From the human T2T-CHM13v2.0 reference genome, Homo sapiens, in NCBI RefSeq assembly GCF_009914755.1, contig NC_060935.1: a stretch of 64,000 nucleotides of DNA; one strand, written 5' to 3'. Below, piece by piece: positions 40,826 through 55,763 of this stretch. Under the pieces are notes generated by a model. The model saw only the letters and a list, made by a program, of their open reading frames with translations, did not search any database and had not been told where the DNA came from. Numbering within the stretch: position 1 is the stretch's first letter; every line of letters starts with the position of its first letter. Position numbers and translations under genes: made by a program.

Positions 40826-42228
40826 TGGGCTGAGATCGGAGGAGAGATGGAGTTTGTTGACTGGAGTGAACTGGAGGGTTTCAAACGTGAGATGGCAGTG
40901 AGCTATACTTTAGCTTTCAATCTGCAGAGATAGTGGGGGAGAAGGAAGACACCATGGATGGAATGAATAGCAAGACCAGTGGTCATAAAACAAGAAAGAT
41001 TGGGTTGGGCATGCAAAGAGTTCATGTACAGAAGCTAGCAGGCATTAAAAAGGTGAACGTAAATCAAGGGAGGAAGAAGAGGGCAAGGGGCCATGGCAGG
41101 CACTGCAAGGGGAAAGAGGAGCTAGGTCCAAACCAACCAGGCACAGACAATCAGCAGAAATTGACTACAGATTTGACCACACCAGGGTCCCAGAAAGAGA
41201 GAGTCAAAAATGATTCTGAGGTTCCAAAGAGCAAGTCTATCTTCAAGAAAATAAAGGGGAAACTGAGAATGGTTGCTTATTTGTGAGGATGAGGAGAAAC
41301 GGAACTCAGTTTTGTGTATAAGTTACCAATATCAAAAGGTCATCCTAGTAATTGTATCCTATAGCTAAGTAGATGTCAGAGCCCAGGGAGGGAAATTAAG
41401 TTTAACAGTGGATCACAACACAGATATGGGTTTGGAGTCATTTGCCTTTGGAAGAAAGTTGGATCTGTGACAGTAAATGGGTTCTCAGAAGGAAGAGCAT
41501 ATATTAGAACAGAGTACCCAGGCTGAAATCACTAAAGATGCCCCTCAAAAAACATATATATGTATATAGGGGGGGGTGTGTGTGTGAGAGAGAGTGCACA
41601 TGCACGTGCACATGCATGCCTAGTTATTAACAAATCAATGTACAGGCTTAGTTTGTAATAATCAGAAATTAACTAAATATGACATTCTTCAAAATTCTCC
41701 GGTTTGCCAATATTGAAATGTTAATTTATTATTCACTGCCACAGTAGTGTCACTCTGTAACCTCTTACCAAGTTCCTTGCATGAGCCCTCTGGATGCAAA
41801 TCACTCTTAGCCCATCTGTGTTCTCACATGCACAAACCCTAACATCCTTTCCTTGCTGTACAAGGAACATATATTTATGTTGCTCTATTTAAAATAAAGA
41901 AAAATGATATACAGCTACCTTGGATTTAGAAAAGAATATTATACCTTGTTAAAGATATTGAAAATTAATTATGTCTGGTAATTAATGGCCTAGAAAGCGA
42001 AAAAAAACCTTAGATTTCTTATTTCAGATAATTTTCTGTGATCTACTTGTCATATGTACTCTTCCAAAACCATACTGTTCAGTTTCTTAAAACCAAACAT
42101 TTCAACCAGAAGCAAAATAACTAAGGTAAGAACAGGTGCTAACATAGCTTCTCAGCACAAGTTTCATAGTCAGAAAACTCGCCCTAGTTTAAGTATTAAT
42201 GCAATCATTTGCTAGCTGAATCATCTTA

Positions 42229-42591
<363 letters not shown>

Positions 42592-43132
42592 CTACCTCAA
42601 TTGGCAGAAAGATAGACAAGCTTTAATCAGAAAGAATCCAAATACAGAACTACACAAATATGGTCAATTGACTTCTGACACAGGTGCAAAGTCAGTTAAA
42701 AGGAGTAAGAATAGTCTTTTCAACAAATGCTTCTGAAACAAATGAACATTTATAGGCAGAAAAGACAAATTTCAATGTATACCTAATACTTTATACAAAA
42801 AGTAACTCAAGATAAATCACAGACCAAAAAGCAAAATCTCAAACTATAAAACTTTTAGGAAAAAAAACAAGACAAAATCTTCATGACTTTGGGTTAGACA
42901 ATAAGTTCTTAGTTACCTCATCAAAAACACAACCCATAAAATATAAAATTAATAAACTGGACTTTATAAAAATTAAGAACCAGCAAAAGACACTATTAAG
43001 AGACTGAAAAGAAAACCTACAGTCTATGAGAAAACGTATGCAAATCATATATCTCATGAAAGGCTTATACCCAGTACTCTCAATACTTGACAATAAGAAA
43101 ATGGCCTAGTTTTTAAAAAATAGGCAAAATAT

Positions 43133-43519
<387 letters not shown>

Positions 43520-43522
43520 TCA

Positions 43523-43977
43523 TTTATTGCAGCACTATTCACAATAGCAAAGACTTGGAACCAACCCAAATGTCCTTCAATGATAGACTGGATTAAGAAA
43601 ATGTGGCACATATACACCATGGAATACTATGCAGCCATAAAGAAGGATGAGTTCATGTCCTTTATAGGGACATGAATGAAGCTGGAAACCATCATTCTCA
43701 GCAAACTATCACAAGGACAAAAAACCAAACACCGCATGCTCTCACTCATAGAAGGGAATTGAACAATAAGAACACTTGGACACAGGAAGGGGAACATCAC
43801 ACACCAGGGCCAGTCGTGGGGTGGGGGGAGGGGGGAGGGATAGCATTAAGAGATATACCTAATGTAAATGACGAGTTAATGGGTGCAGCACACCAACATG
43901 GCACATGTATACATATGTAACAAACCTGCACGTTGTGCACATGTACCCTAAAACTTAAAGTATAATAATTAAAAAAA
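43523..43977 (+). mobile_element. L1PA (PA4/PA5-like) 3' fragment
   Basis: Canonical primate L1 3' end: ...ggggagggatagcatt...gtaccctaaaacttaaagtataataa. Confidence 0.93.
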
Positions 43978-44154
43978 CCATAATGAGATATCTCTACATA
44001 CTTACTAGAATGACTACAACTAAACACACACACATATACTGACAATATAGTGTTGACAAGGATTTAGAGAAACTGGAATCCCTATATATTGTGGTGGGAA
44101 AACAAAATGGTACAGTCACTCTAGAAAATAGTTTGGCAGTTTCTTAAACATGTA

Positions 44155-44504
44155 TAGTTGTCCCTCAGTATTCATGAGAGACTGGGTCCAGGACCCCTTC
44201 TCACACCCAAATCCTCAGATGCTCGAGTCGCTTATATAAAATGGTATACTATTTGCATAGAACCTGCCCATACTCTCCTGTATACTTTAAATCTCTAGAT
44301 TACTTATAATACCTAATAGAACGTAAATGCTATATAGTTGTTATACTATATTTTTTATTTGTATCATTTTTTATTGTTGTATATTTTAATTTTATTTTTT
44401 TTCCTCTCTACCTTAGGCTAAGAATTTTTATTTTTTCAAATATTTTCTATCTGAAGCTGGTTGAATACACAGATGCAGAACCTTTGGATATGGAGAGCCA
44501 CCTG
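44155..44504. mobile_element. MER2 (TcMar-Tigger MITE)
   Basis: tagttgtccctcagtattcatg...ggatatggagagccacctg with TA on both flanks. Confidence 0.85.
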
Positions 44505-46069
44505 TACTTATCAAATGACCTGGCAATCTACTTCTAGGCATTTAGCCAATAGAAATGAAAACTTATGGCTCACAAAAAAACCTGCACCCAGATACATAGC
44601 CACATTACTCGTATCGCCAAAAACTGTCAACAGCCTAAATGTCCTTCTGTGAATGAAGGGATAGACTATAGTACATCCATACACCAGTGGAATACTACTT
44701 GGCAATAAAAAGAAATGAACAACTGATAGATAGGTACATAGAGTAACACTGATGAATTTCAGATGCAATATATTAAGTAAAAGAAGCTACATTCAAAAAT
44801 TGCATCCAGTATGATTCCACGTATATGACATTCCAGAAAAAGCAAAACTATAGCAACGGCAAACAGATCAATACGGCTGCCAAAGGTTAGCAGTTGGAAG
44901 GAGGTTTGACTAGAGAGAGACACCATGAGGGGATCCGGGTGAGTGAGGAAACTGTATATTGACTGTGGTAATCATACCACTGTAAAGTAGATATACAATT
45001 CTATGCATGTGTCAAAATTCACAGAACTCTACCCAAAAAAAGTAAATTTCAGTTTATGTAAATTTAAAAATAAATCCTTAAAGGTGTAAATTAAAATTAC
45101 TGCTAGCAAAAAGGTTCACTCTTATAAAATAGTAGTGGGAACTCAATGAAATGATGAATGTAACTTGCTCATAGTAAGCACTTAGCAAAATTTTTAATTA
45201 TTATGGTATTACCAAAGTCTCAGTATTTAATATGCAATTCACATTCAAATTAAATCAATATATTTATCAAGAACCAATTATGTCCTGGCACAGAGTTGGC
45301 TTCTACAATATATACAAGCCATATATAGTATCTGTACTCTCAAGAGTCTCAAGAATATAACTTATATTCTAATTTTATAATATAAAAACAAAGGTTAAAA
45401 TTCAGTTATAAAATTATCTTGGTCAAAGTCAATACTAAAGTATCTAAACTAAAAGATGACCAAGACCAGATAATCCACGATCATTTCCATGTGGTTTGTA
45501 ACTATACTAGAATGATTGGTGATTTGTTTGTTTGATTGTTTGTTTGTTTGTTTTTCCTCTGAGGCAGGTTTATCTTAACTTAGAGGTGGAAACCCTTTGT
45601 TACTTAGTCCAGTGTTACAATGGGTTTGCATGCTCTCTGCATGCATCAGGAGATGGCAGCAGGAGGGGGCCAGGAGCACGCTGCGTGGTAGGAGAACATG
45701 ATCCTAGAATTAAACATTCTGTAGGGCATAATTTACACTAAGAAAATGCAGACCTTATTAGCATCACCGGATACACAAACAGACTACTCAACATTTACAC
45801 AATGATAAGAGAATCAGGGTGATAAAGACTTCCTAGTTAAAAACTCTCCTGGAAGAACGATAACTTAGAAATCAACAACCGTATATATCTCATAATGAGG
45901 TACTTAACTTTGTCATCCTACTATGCCAGCAAACAAGCCATGGGGCACACATAATAACTGAGAGTTAACAGCATGCTGACGTCCACTGAAAGAGACAGAT
46001 GACACTCAAGAAATACATAACATCCAAGCCCTTTGGTAATTTTATTTATTATAATCTGCCACCTTCATA

Positions 46070-46412
46070 TCAATGATTTTCAAATGGTAAATCTTAAAAT
46101 AAATATAATGGGCCACATCCAGCATTTCTTTAAAAAAAAGAAAAGAAATAGACTAGAACTGAAGAGTACAGAACAGAGTCGGGCAGGATAGGGCAGGATA
46201 GCATAGGGTAGACAGGATAGGATGGTGCACAGATTAAGGTGGACAGGATATAGTGGATAGGTTTGGATTGATAGGAAAGGGAAAGGAAAGGAAATATGAG
46301 AGCACAATGAAGAAAAAAATCAAGGTACACAGAATGCAGTAAAGGATAAATACACCATATAAATTTATTGTGCATACAGTTGCATGGATCATGGAAAAAA
46401 AAATTAAACACT
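46070..46412. mobile_element. hAT-Charlie-like remnant containing a degenerate (GGATA/GAATA)n pentamer repeat (about 46145-46295)
   Basis: Ends caatgattttcaaa and ttaaacactg; visible 5-nt periodicity inside. Confidence 0.4.
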
Positions 46413-47699
46413 GCCTTAAATCTTATCCAAGGTATAATAACATCTTAACCAAAACCTCTTTAAAGGCTATTTCCATTCTCTTCCCAAGGACAAGAATCCA
46501 ATGGTTATTTCTAAGAAGAGGAATTGCCTATCCAGCTTCATGTAACCAAAGCAGACAGGAAGAAAATTAAAAATGTAAGCCTGTTTTCTAAACTTGCATT
46601 AAGTCAACAGATCCATAAAATATATCCACAATGTCAACACTGTGACCTAAAGTCTACCTCACTTTGTAGCTTTCTCCTAACAGATATCATCACTGTATTG
46701 AAACAGTAAACTTCACAGCAAGGGTCTGGAATAGTGATTTCTGCTCCACTCTGTGTGCTAACAAACTAAGCTTATACATTGAAAATGGCAATAAACGGCC
46801 AGACCATGTGCATTTTCTTCCTAATCCTATTTGCATTGATGACTCCTCTGCAAAAAAACAAACTGGCTGCACTGGAGAAGTGTCTTCTCCAGATTGCTGC
46901 TGCAGCTGGGGTCCAGGCAGAGCCTGGGACCAAACACACACAAACACAAGAAAACTTTACATTCAGTGCAATGGAGGCAGAATCTAGAAAATTGCATCCA
47001 GATGAAATCCTGCAGAATACAGATTCCATTCTATTCTTGTCCTTGGGAAAAGGGTGGAAACATGCTTTTAAAGAGGTTTTGGATAAGAGGTTCAATTCTA
47101 CTCAAAATTAATTGCCTAGGAATTAAGTCAAAAAGGTAATAAGTTAATGCATTCCTGATCATTAATCAGAAAGTATCCTTTGTTCAAATTCTACATTAAA
47201 ATATTCCAGTTTTAAGAAATTTCACGTATCCCAATAATCATTCAAATACTTTTAAACTATAAATTATACATAAAATTCCTAAATCTTCTGGTATTGTATA
47301 TGGAGATCATATAATTTTAAAATAAAACAAATCTAGTAATCAGGCCAGCAATAATGCTTTAAACAAAAGACAAAGTCCATCAAAGCATACTCAATAGCAA
47401 CTAAAATGTAAATAAAACAGGTTACCTTGCAAAGTGATAATCTAAAGTAAAGGATATATTCAGAAAATAACTGAAAATGTGAAGAAAAAAAGGGGTAAAT
47501 ATCTAGAAAAGGCTTAAAAATCTGTATGATGTTTCAAAAGACATAAATATAAATACCTCTTTAAACTCCTATGTATCTAGACAAAAACAAAGAGTAAATA
47601 AACGATTACTGCAAAGCCTAATGTATTTACATACCACACCCATTTCAACTGATCTTTTTAGACCCTTTAAATACAGCTTTGTATCTTCTCTCTTTCTCT

Positions 47700-48150
47700 A
47701 ATTACCAAGGTAACCCAAATTCACTACAGAAATTTTAAACAATATGCAAAGTTAACTCAGAAAGTAAAAGTCCTTCATAATCTCACTCTCTAGAGATAGC
47801 CATTGTTAAGAGCTTTCTGTTGATTCTTCACATTTTAAATGAATATGCCAATTAGATAGTATGCATTATAGATTAATTATATATAAAATACTTACACAGT
47901 GTTCTACAGTATGCTTTTCTTCACCTACTGATACACCCTGGAAGTCTTCTCTTGTCAGTAGATATAGATCTACATCACTCTTTTTAATGGCTACCAAGTA
48001 TTCCATTGTATGGACAGATCATAATTTATTTAACCAGTCCCTTACTGATGGACATTTGGATTGCTTCCAATTTTTTGCTATTAAAATCTATGCAGCAGTT
48101 ACATCTTTCTACGTATATATTTGTGCACTTGTAAAACTATGTCTGTAGAC
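47700..48150 (-). mobile_element. Old L1ME-like fragment
   Basis: gtattccattgtatggacagatcataatttatttaaccagtcccttactgatggacatttggattgcttccaatttttt is reverse L1 3' region. Confidence 0.7.
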
Positions 48151-50049
48151 TGAAGTGATTTTGTTTGGGGGTAAAAGAATACAATAAACGTATAAAAAAT
48201 TATTCACTTAGCTTTAATTCACACTACCATAAATCATCTAGAAGTGGCAATTGCTCTAATTGCTTAATTATTTTGATTTTTATCTTTAAGACTTTTTTGA
48301 GAATAATTTATTCTACTCAAAATTAATTGCATAGGAATTAAGTCAAAATGTAATGTTAACATATTCCTGATCATTGATCAGAAAGTATCTTATGTTCAAA
48401 TTCTACATTAAAATATTCCAGTTTTAAGAAATTTCATGTATCCCCAAAATGATTCAAATACTTTTAAATCCCACTTTAGACTTGGAAATTCATCTTAAAT
48501 AGATTCACTGTAATCACAGTTTCCTATTTGTCTTCCAAAAAAAGAAAAACACACAAGGATCCCCATCACACATAGAGCTTCAGAACCCAACCCAAAAAAA
48601 CGTACAAAATTGTCCCTCCTAAATGAGTACATAAGAAATTCAAATACAAAAAGTCATGACATTTGGAGTCTGATTTCCAATAAATAACCCTGGACACATT
48701 TCATGGCAAACAAAATACTTGCTGAGAAATATAGTTACCAGGGCAACCATAACTGTCCTTTTATGTTTTATTTATCAATTGTGTTGCTGAACTATTCTCA
48801 TTCTTGGAAACAAAGGGGAAAAATGTATTATAAACAGTGATAATTAATTAAGGTTCCCCTGCTCCAAACTAAATCACTCCTACCAAATCTGTGTTTATCC
48901 AAAAGACATTCTATTTTCTGCTTCTTAGTTCTTGTCTAGGCTAAGGACATGGATGGTAGATCCCAAAGAAGCATTCACAAGTTAACAATATTAACCTTAA
49001 CACTCTAGATGGAGAGACTATTAATATAATCATCAATTCTCAACAGACAACAGGAGAGATATGGAAATTCTTTGCTGTGGCATCATCACCTAGTAAATCC
49101 TCTTGAAATATGGAATGAAAGAATTTTAAAATGTGTGAATAAATCTACTTATCTTTAAAATTATAAAGTTTGTAAGAACAGAAATTCCAAACATTTCAGC
49201 ATTTAAGTTTTACCTTTTTACAGGTCCCAAATAATATTCTCATCTAATCCAGTATCATCTCCACTTAAGAAAAGATACCTAAGTCTATTTATTTTTAGCA
49301 TCCTAGAATACTGTTATACCTGCTTGAACTCCACAAAGAAGAAAAACAAAACAAAACAAAAAACTGGAAGAGAAAGAAAATGGTGTAGAATTCCCAGTGT
49401 ACAAAATGGGAAATTAAGAGCATTTATAATGAGTGGGATTTACTAATAATCCTTATCAAGGAGGTAGCAAGGGAACAACAAAGAAAACCCTGAGCTGCAA
49501 GTCAGGCCTGGTCTTAGCCCTGGCCTTGGATCCACTTGAATAAGTCATTCACTTTTCTGAGCTGGTCTCCTCATTTACAAGATGAGGGAGTTCTGTGTGC
49601 TCTCTAAAGTCCCCTTCAGCTCTAAATTTCCATGATACATTGACCTGCCTTCCCTCTGAAAGGGAAGGAAGATATCAAGGACATCTCAGACTGGTCTCTG
49701 GGAAGAGTGACATTTCAGTCTGCTGCTCAGACAAGGATAATCAGCACACAAGGGGCCTTGGGTCACTGCAACGTAATGTTTCCAGCCTCAGCTGGTTGCT
49801 TCCTAGAATTTCTGAGTTCTCCTGGAGGGAGAACATTTCAAACCTTCCCAGTTTCTCACCCTGCACAGCTCCATCTCACCATCAACAGGTTTAGCATGGG
49901 ATCCTACTTTCCCAAGAAGGTTCTCCCTCCCTCCAGGCCTCAGCCCTGCAGGGTGCAATCTTATCTACATCCACCCTCCTTCTTAAAGCCTTGCCCATTA
50001 TCTCCACCTCAGAAGAAAACAATGGTCTCTTGCCCCCACCCCTCTCAGC

Positions 50050-51550
50050 AAATGCCTCCTCCTGAGCCTCATCATGGCCCTTGATGGTCAGTGATCAACT
50101 CTCACTTTCCTATTTTTCATCTCCCTCTGTAATATCTCTTATTTTATGATATATATAAACCTTCTCACACCTCCCTAATTCAAAAAAATACATACTTTAA
50201 AATTTCTCTAAGTTCTACACCTCCTTATTTCCAGTCCCCTTCTCCCTCACCCTACCTTTACCAGTCAAGCCTCTTCAAACATGTGTCTACAGCATGCTTC
50301 CTATTCTGCACTTCCATTTGCTCCACGCATTGCCATCTGGTTCCCACACTCACTGCTGCACTAAAATTGTAAGGTAGAGGTCCCCTATGAATACCTAAGT
50401 TCTATAGCCATGGTGGCCTCCCTTATCTTATCTGAATTCCCTGTAGCATTTGACACTGTGGCTCACTCACCTTCTTAGATGCCAAAACAAAAGGCTTTCC
50501 TGGCTTTCCTCAAAGTCTCTTGACAGCCCCTTCTTCACTCCTCTCACTAGTTCATCTTCTTCTGCCTACCTTTAATTGTTGACGTTCCTGACATTCTGTC
50601 CTTAGCTTCTCTTCCTCTTCCATATACATTCTTCTTAGGAGATCTCATCCATGGCCATGTCTCCAAATGAGTGCCACAGAGTGCTGCTAGGTATCTTCAC
50701 CTGAATGTGCCTCCAGCTCAACTTCTGCAGGGTCAAGCACATCCTCTTTAATCCCAACACTGTCTGCTTTCTAAATTTCCTGTCTTAGTTACTACACCCA
50801 TCACCTACTTAGGCAGCCAAGCCAGAACCTGACCATTAACCTAGACTCCTCCTCTTCCCACTCTCTTGATCAGTTATGAAATTCTACTTTCCTAAACATA
50901 TCCTGAAACCAACTTCCTCCCAAGCTGCCTAGCAACTACCTGGGTTCTGGCCCTCAAAATTTCAGCTGGCCTTCCACAGCTGCTCCCTAACTGCTCTCCT
51001 ACCTGAGTCTCTAATCCTCCAGATTCGTCCTGCACCCTCCCGCTCCCCTCATTGACACTCTCCATGGAATAAAACCCAGACTTCTCTTTATTACCAAGTT
51101 GGTCCTGTATGATTTGACAATTGTGTACCCTCTCCAGCTTCATATTTTGGTGCTCCTTCAAAGGCTATTCCCCTCAGCCATAGCAAACTATCTGCAGTTC
51201 CCAGAATCCCCCATGCTTTTGTCTTTCCGCCCATTATCTCTCTACCTGGAAAAACTCCTCTAATACCGTCTCTATCTGGCTATCTCCTACCTACCTTTCA
51301 AGGCTCAACTCAAGAGACCCCCTAGAAGTCTTTCCTGACTCTAAGTCTCCATAGTGAGTTAGACATTCCTCTTCTATGCTTCCACAGCACTCCTGAACTA
51401 TATCTATTATGGTTCTTGGCACATGGTATTGTTATTTTTACTGTGTCCTGCAAAAACATCTAAAATATAAGTTCCTTGATGGAAGAGAGCCTATATAATT
51501 CATCTTTGTAAACCTAGTGCTTATCAGTGTCTAGCACATAGTAAGTGATA
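50050..51550 (+). mobile_element. L2, long fragment
   Basis: Pyrimidine-rich L2 body ending ...cagtgtctagcacatagtaagtg. Confidence 0.7.
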
Positions 51551-52847
51551 CACACACACAAACACATACACACACAGACATGCATGCATTTTCTCAAAAG
51601 GATGAGGACAAAATTTAGTCACATTAATTTTAACTCTTAAACAGTACTTCCTGAAGCTTCTCTATATTCACTGTAGCCCAGAGCCTTCTTGAGTTGAATC
51701 ACAAGATGATTTCATTTGTCATTGGAAGTAGAGGTATTTATAAACGTGTTTCTCTTATAAGATGGTTAATTCTGTTTGGAAAATGTTTGCTGTGCACTAG
51801 ACATCATGGAGTCCCCTAAAGAGTTAGCTCCTTTAAGGAGCTGACAATCTCACAGAATCTGGAAGATATACGCCAAGAAAAAGGTTGTAGTGAGGTTTTG
51901 GCATATATGCATTTCTGTGCATTAATATTTTTAAAAATATAATAAAACGAATAGGACTACACATGAAAATTTTGTTTTCAAAGAAAATACTCATTCCTTA
52001 TATTAAGATTTGGAAGTTAATTCAAATGTCCTTCTGCCATCTCTCAGTTTTGTTAGTTATTAGGCTTTAAATCACTGTCATTGGGCAAGCAGTGAACACG
52101 GAATAATTATTTCATACTTTTCCCTCTCCTTCTCTATCATCTTTAAATCCACAATATCTCAATCCAACTGATGTCAGTAAATCCAGTCTGTCCCAACTTT
52201 TCTCTAAAACTCTTAAAACTATTTGAATGAGGTGTTGAGCAGCTGTCAGTTATGGATTTGAAAATAAAGACGAGTCTGAAAATTATACGTTCAGTATAAA
52301 AAGATTAGGTGAAGCAATTCAGAACGTTTAAGAACTTTAAATCAAGTTAAAAGCAGTTACTATGGCCAGACCTCATGAAGCTCTGCTTAAGAGTTGCATT
52401 AACCTGGCAGTCAAAACTATTTAAAATGAATAATGTTTTTTTCACATTTCACTCACTTTCAGCATCACACACACACAAAAATAACAATGTGAATTGGCAT
52501 ACGGCAGTAGAGTCATGTAACAGTAACCTTCAAGATTTACCTTCCTAAGGACAAAGCTAGAGCTATTAATCTATGCACTAGATGAGCTACACCCATCTAA
52601 GGCCAAAAGGGGTAATTCTTCAAATGAGGAAAGGACTATTAAGATATTCCAAAGGCTTTTAGACATGAAAAGCAAGAGGAGAGTCAAGAAAAATTCACAA
52701 GCCCACAATAGCTCAGTCCAATGTTCAATATAAACCTACTAAATTTGGAGTGAATATCAATATAACTCAACCCTCTTCCAACCTCCTCTCACTAGTTAAA
52801 AATACCGATGAGCATGAGAATTTGGCTTTTTAAATGTTTTTTAGTCT

Positions 52848-53049
52848 AGAGCTATGCAGCCCTATATGGTAGCCGATAAACACACATGGCTACTGACCTA
52901 TAAATTAATTAAGATTAAAAATTCAGCCCCTTAGTCACACTAGCCACATTTCAAGTACTAAATAGTCACACGTGACTAGTGGTTACTATACTGAACAGCA
53001 CAGATATGGACTATTTCCATCATCACAAAAGTTCTATTAGACAGCACTG
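52848..53049. mobile_element. MER3-like hAT DNA transposon
   Basis: ttagtcacactagccacatttcaagtactaaatagtcac...aaagttctattagacagcactg. Confidence 0.8.
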
Positions 53050-53784
53050 GAGGCATAGCCAGAAAAAGGATGCCAAACTAGCCAGCCCAGGTTCCAGAGC
53101 TCTACTGATCAACTGAGCACTTTTTGGTCATCCTACCCATAGGAGACCAGTCATCTCCTAAAGGTAACATGCAAAATGTCCACAAGGATGTGTCCTTTAC
53201 ATAAAGGAGTTAAGAAAATGCAGACTACAACTCAGCATGTTTCCACATTAGGCCTGAGCTACACTCTCTCAACTGTAAATCAAAAGGCTCCCACACATCA
53301 ATTTCATTCATGACCCCCTACTAACTAATATGGGCTAAGGAACCATGCACAGTCTTTCTGGATGTCGTACAGCATGCTGAAAACCAGGGGGCAAACATTA
53401 ATCTACCTAAAGAATAGGAGTTGCCATTAAGCTGACCTAGATTCTTCCTGCCATCCGGAAAGTGCTCCCTGTGCTACACTAGGATTTGTTTTTGCTCTCT
53501 GGTGGTACTTGTTAAAAGCTGCACATGTCCAGAAAAACAGCTTCCATCTATCCTCCCTCCATGCTTAAGCCTGCCAAAGCTGCCATTGGTCATGTGAAAT
53601 ACAAGGATAGTCGTGAGGTTTATTAAGTTTCTCTGTATCCAACAACTTCAAGTATCTTAATTAAACATTTTAAATAATATGGACAGGCTGAACTGGCTCT
53701 TTCTAGTTCCCTATACCATGGTAAAGACACAATTTGGCGTACTGGTATGCTACAGTGAGAAATGGACTCCAATATAAAAACCTG

Positions 53785-54125
<341 letters not shown>

Positions 54126-54553
54126 CTAGCTTTGTGACTGGCTAAATCTCTAAGTCGAATCCATTTGCTTAAATAACCTCTTCCCCAGAGTTCATTCACT
54201 TTCAAGACAATACACTCACCTTCGATGATTCTTCTGCACCTTGGTTAACAGGCTTTCACCCCACACCAATCCTGCCCATCTTCCACCTGGTACTGACTCC
54301 CTCCTTCTTCCACAACTTTAACTTCCAGTCCTCTGACTAGTCCTTTCTGGCATTCATCACAGGCTGTTTATCTTGTTACCAACACACCTTCCTTAAGATT
54401 CAACCTCTCTGCAGCACCCCTTAAGGATCTCTCATACACTTCTGCCTGTCTTCAGCACCTAATACAATGATTGGCACACACTGGGCCTTTGAATAAATGT
54501 GTATTAAAGAAGTAACTAAATAAAAGCATAATGTAAAACTTTTGCTACCATCT

Positions 54554-54916
54554 TGATATGGTTTGGCTGTGTCCCCACCCAAATCTCATCTTGAATTGTA
54601 GCTCCTGTAATTCCCACGTGTTGTGGGAGGGACCCAGTGGGAGACAACTGAATCATGGGGGCGGTTTCCCCCATACTGTTTGCTTGTCAGTGAATAAGTC
54701 TCACAAAATCTGGTGGTTTATAAGGGGAAACCCCTTTAACTTGGCTCTCATTCTGTCTCTTCTCTGCTGCAATGTAAGATGTGCCTTTTGTCTTCTGCCA
54801 TGATTGTGAGGCCTCCCCAGTCACATGGAACTGTGAGTCCATTAAACCTCTTTTTCTTTATATAAACTACCCAGTTTCGGGTATGTCTTTACCAGCAGTG
54901 TGAGAACGCTAAGACA
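54554..54916 (+). mobile_element. THE1 MaLR solo LTR
   Basis: tgatatggtttggctgtgtccccaccc...aagaca; TSD catct at 54549-54553 and 54917-54921; ATTAAA at 54841-54846. Confidence 0.93.
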
Positions 54917-55449
54917 CATCTCTTTGCAGATGACTTTCAAATCTGTATCTGCAGCGCTGCTCTCAACCTTTCTACTAAACTCTTATTTCAAACTGCTTTC
55001 TAAACATTTCTACCTGAATGTTCCAGTGATAACTCAAGTTTAACATATCCAAAACCAAGTTCATTGCATTCCCTTACTAAACCCACACATAACATTTACA
55101 TTTTTGTTCATTAGAGTAGTCATTCTCCTAGTCATTCAAGTCCAAAATCAAAGCACACCTTCATTTCTATTATTTGTTTTCCCTCAATCCCCATTCTCTA
55201 GTCAGCCATCAATGGAGGCTCCATTCTACCTCCTATTCTTCCTTCACTGCCCTAATTCAAGTTTTTGTTGTCTTGCTTGAACTATTATACTCCTAACCAA
55301 TCTCTCCATTTCTAATGGAAGATCCTCTCAATTTCTAATCATTGTAGGACTCATGAACCTCTCAATTTCTTATCATTGCAGGATTCATATTCCTAAAAAA
55401 CCAACCTGATGTTACTTCACTGTTCAAAAAATTTAAGACTCCCCAATGA

Positions 55450-55763
<314 letters not shown>

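Noticed and set aside
46779-47111. 110-aa ORF with a hydrophobic N-terminus, overlapped by other ORFs
   Set aside because: No recognisable homology, TTG start, antisense to the inferred host, and within chance length for 64 kb.
51822-51845. Short palindromes (here, and at about 1642, 5717 and 22120)
   Set aside because: Stems of 8-11 bp are expected by chance and too short for pre-miRNA or terminator calls.
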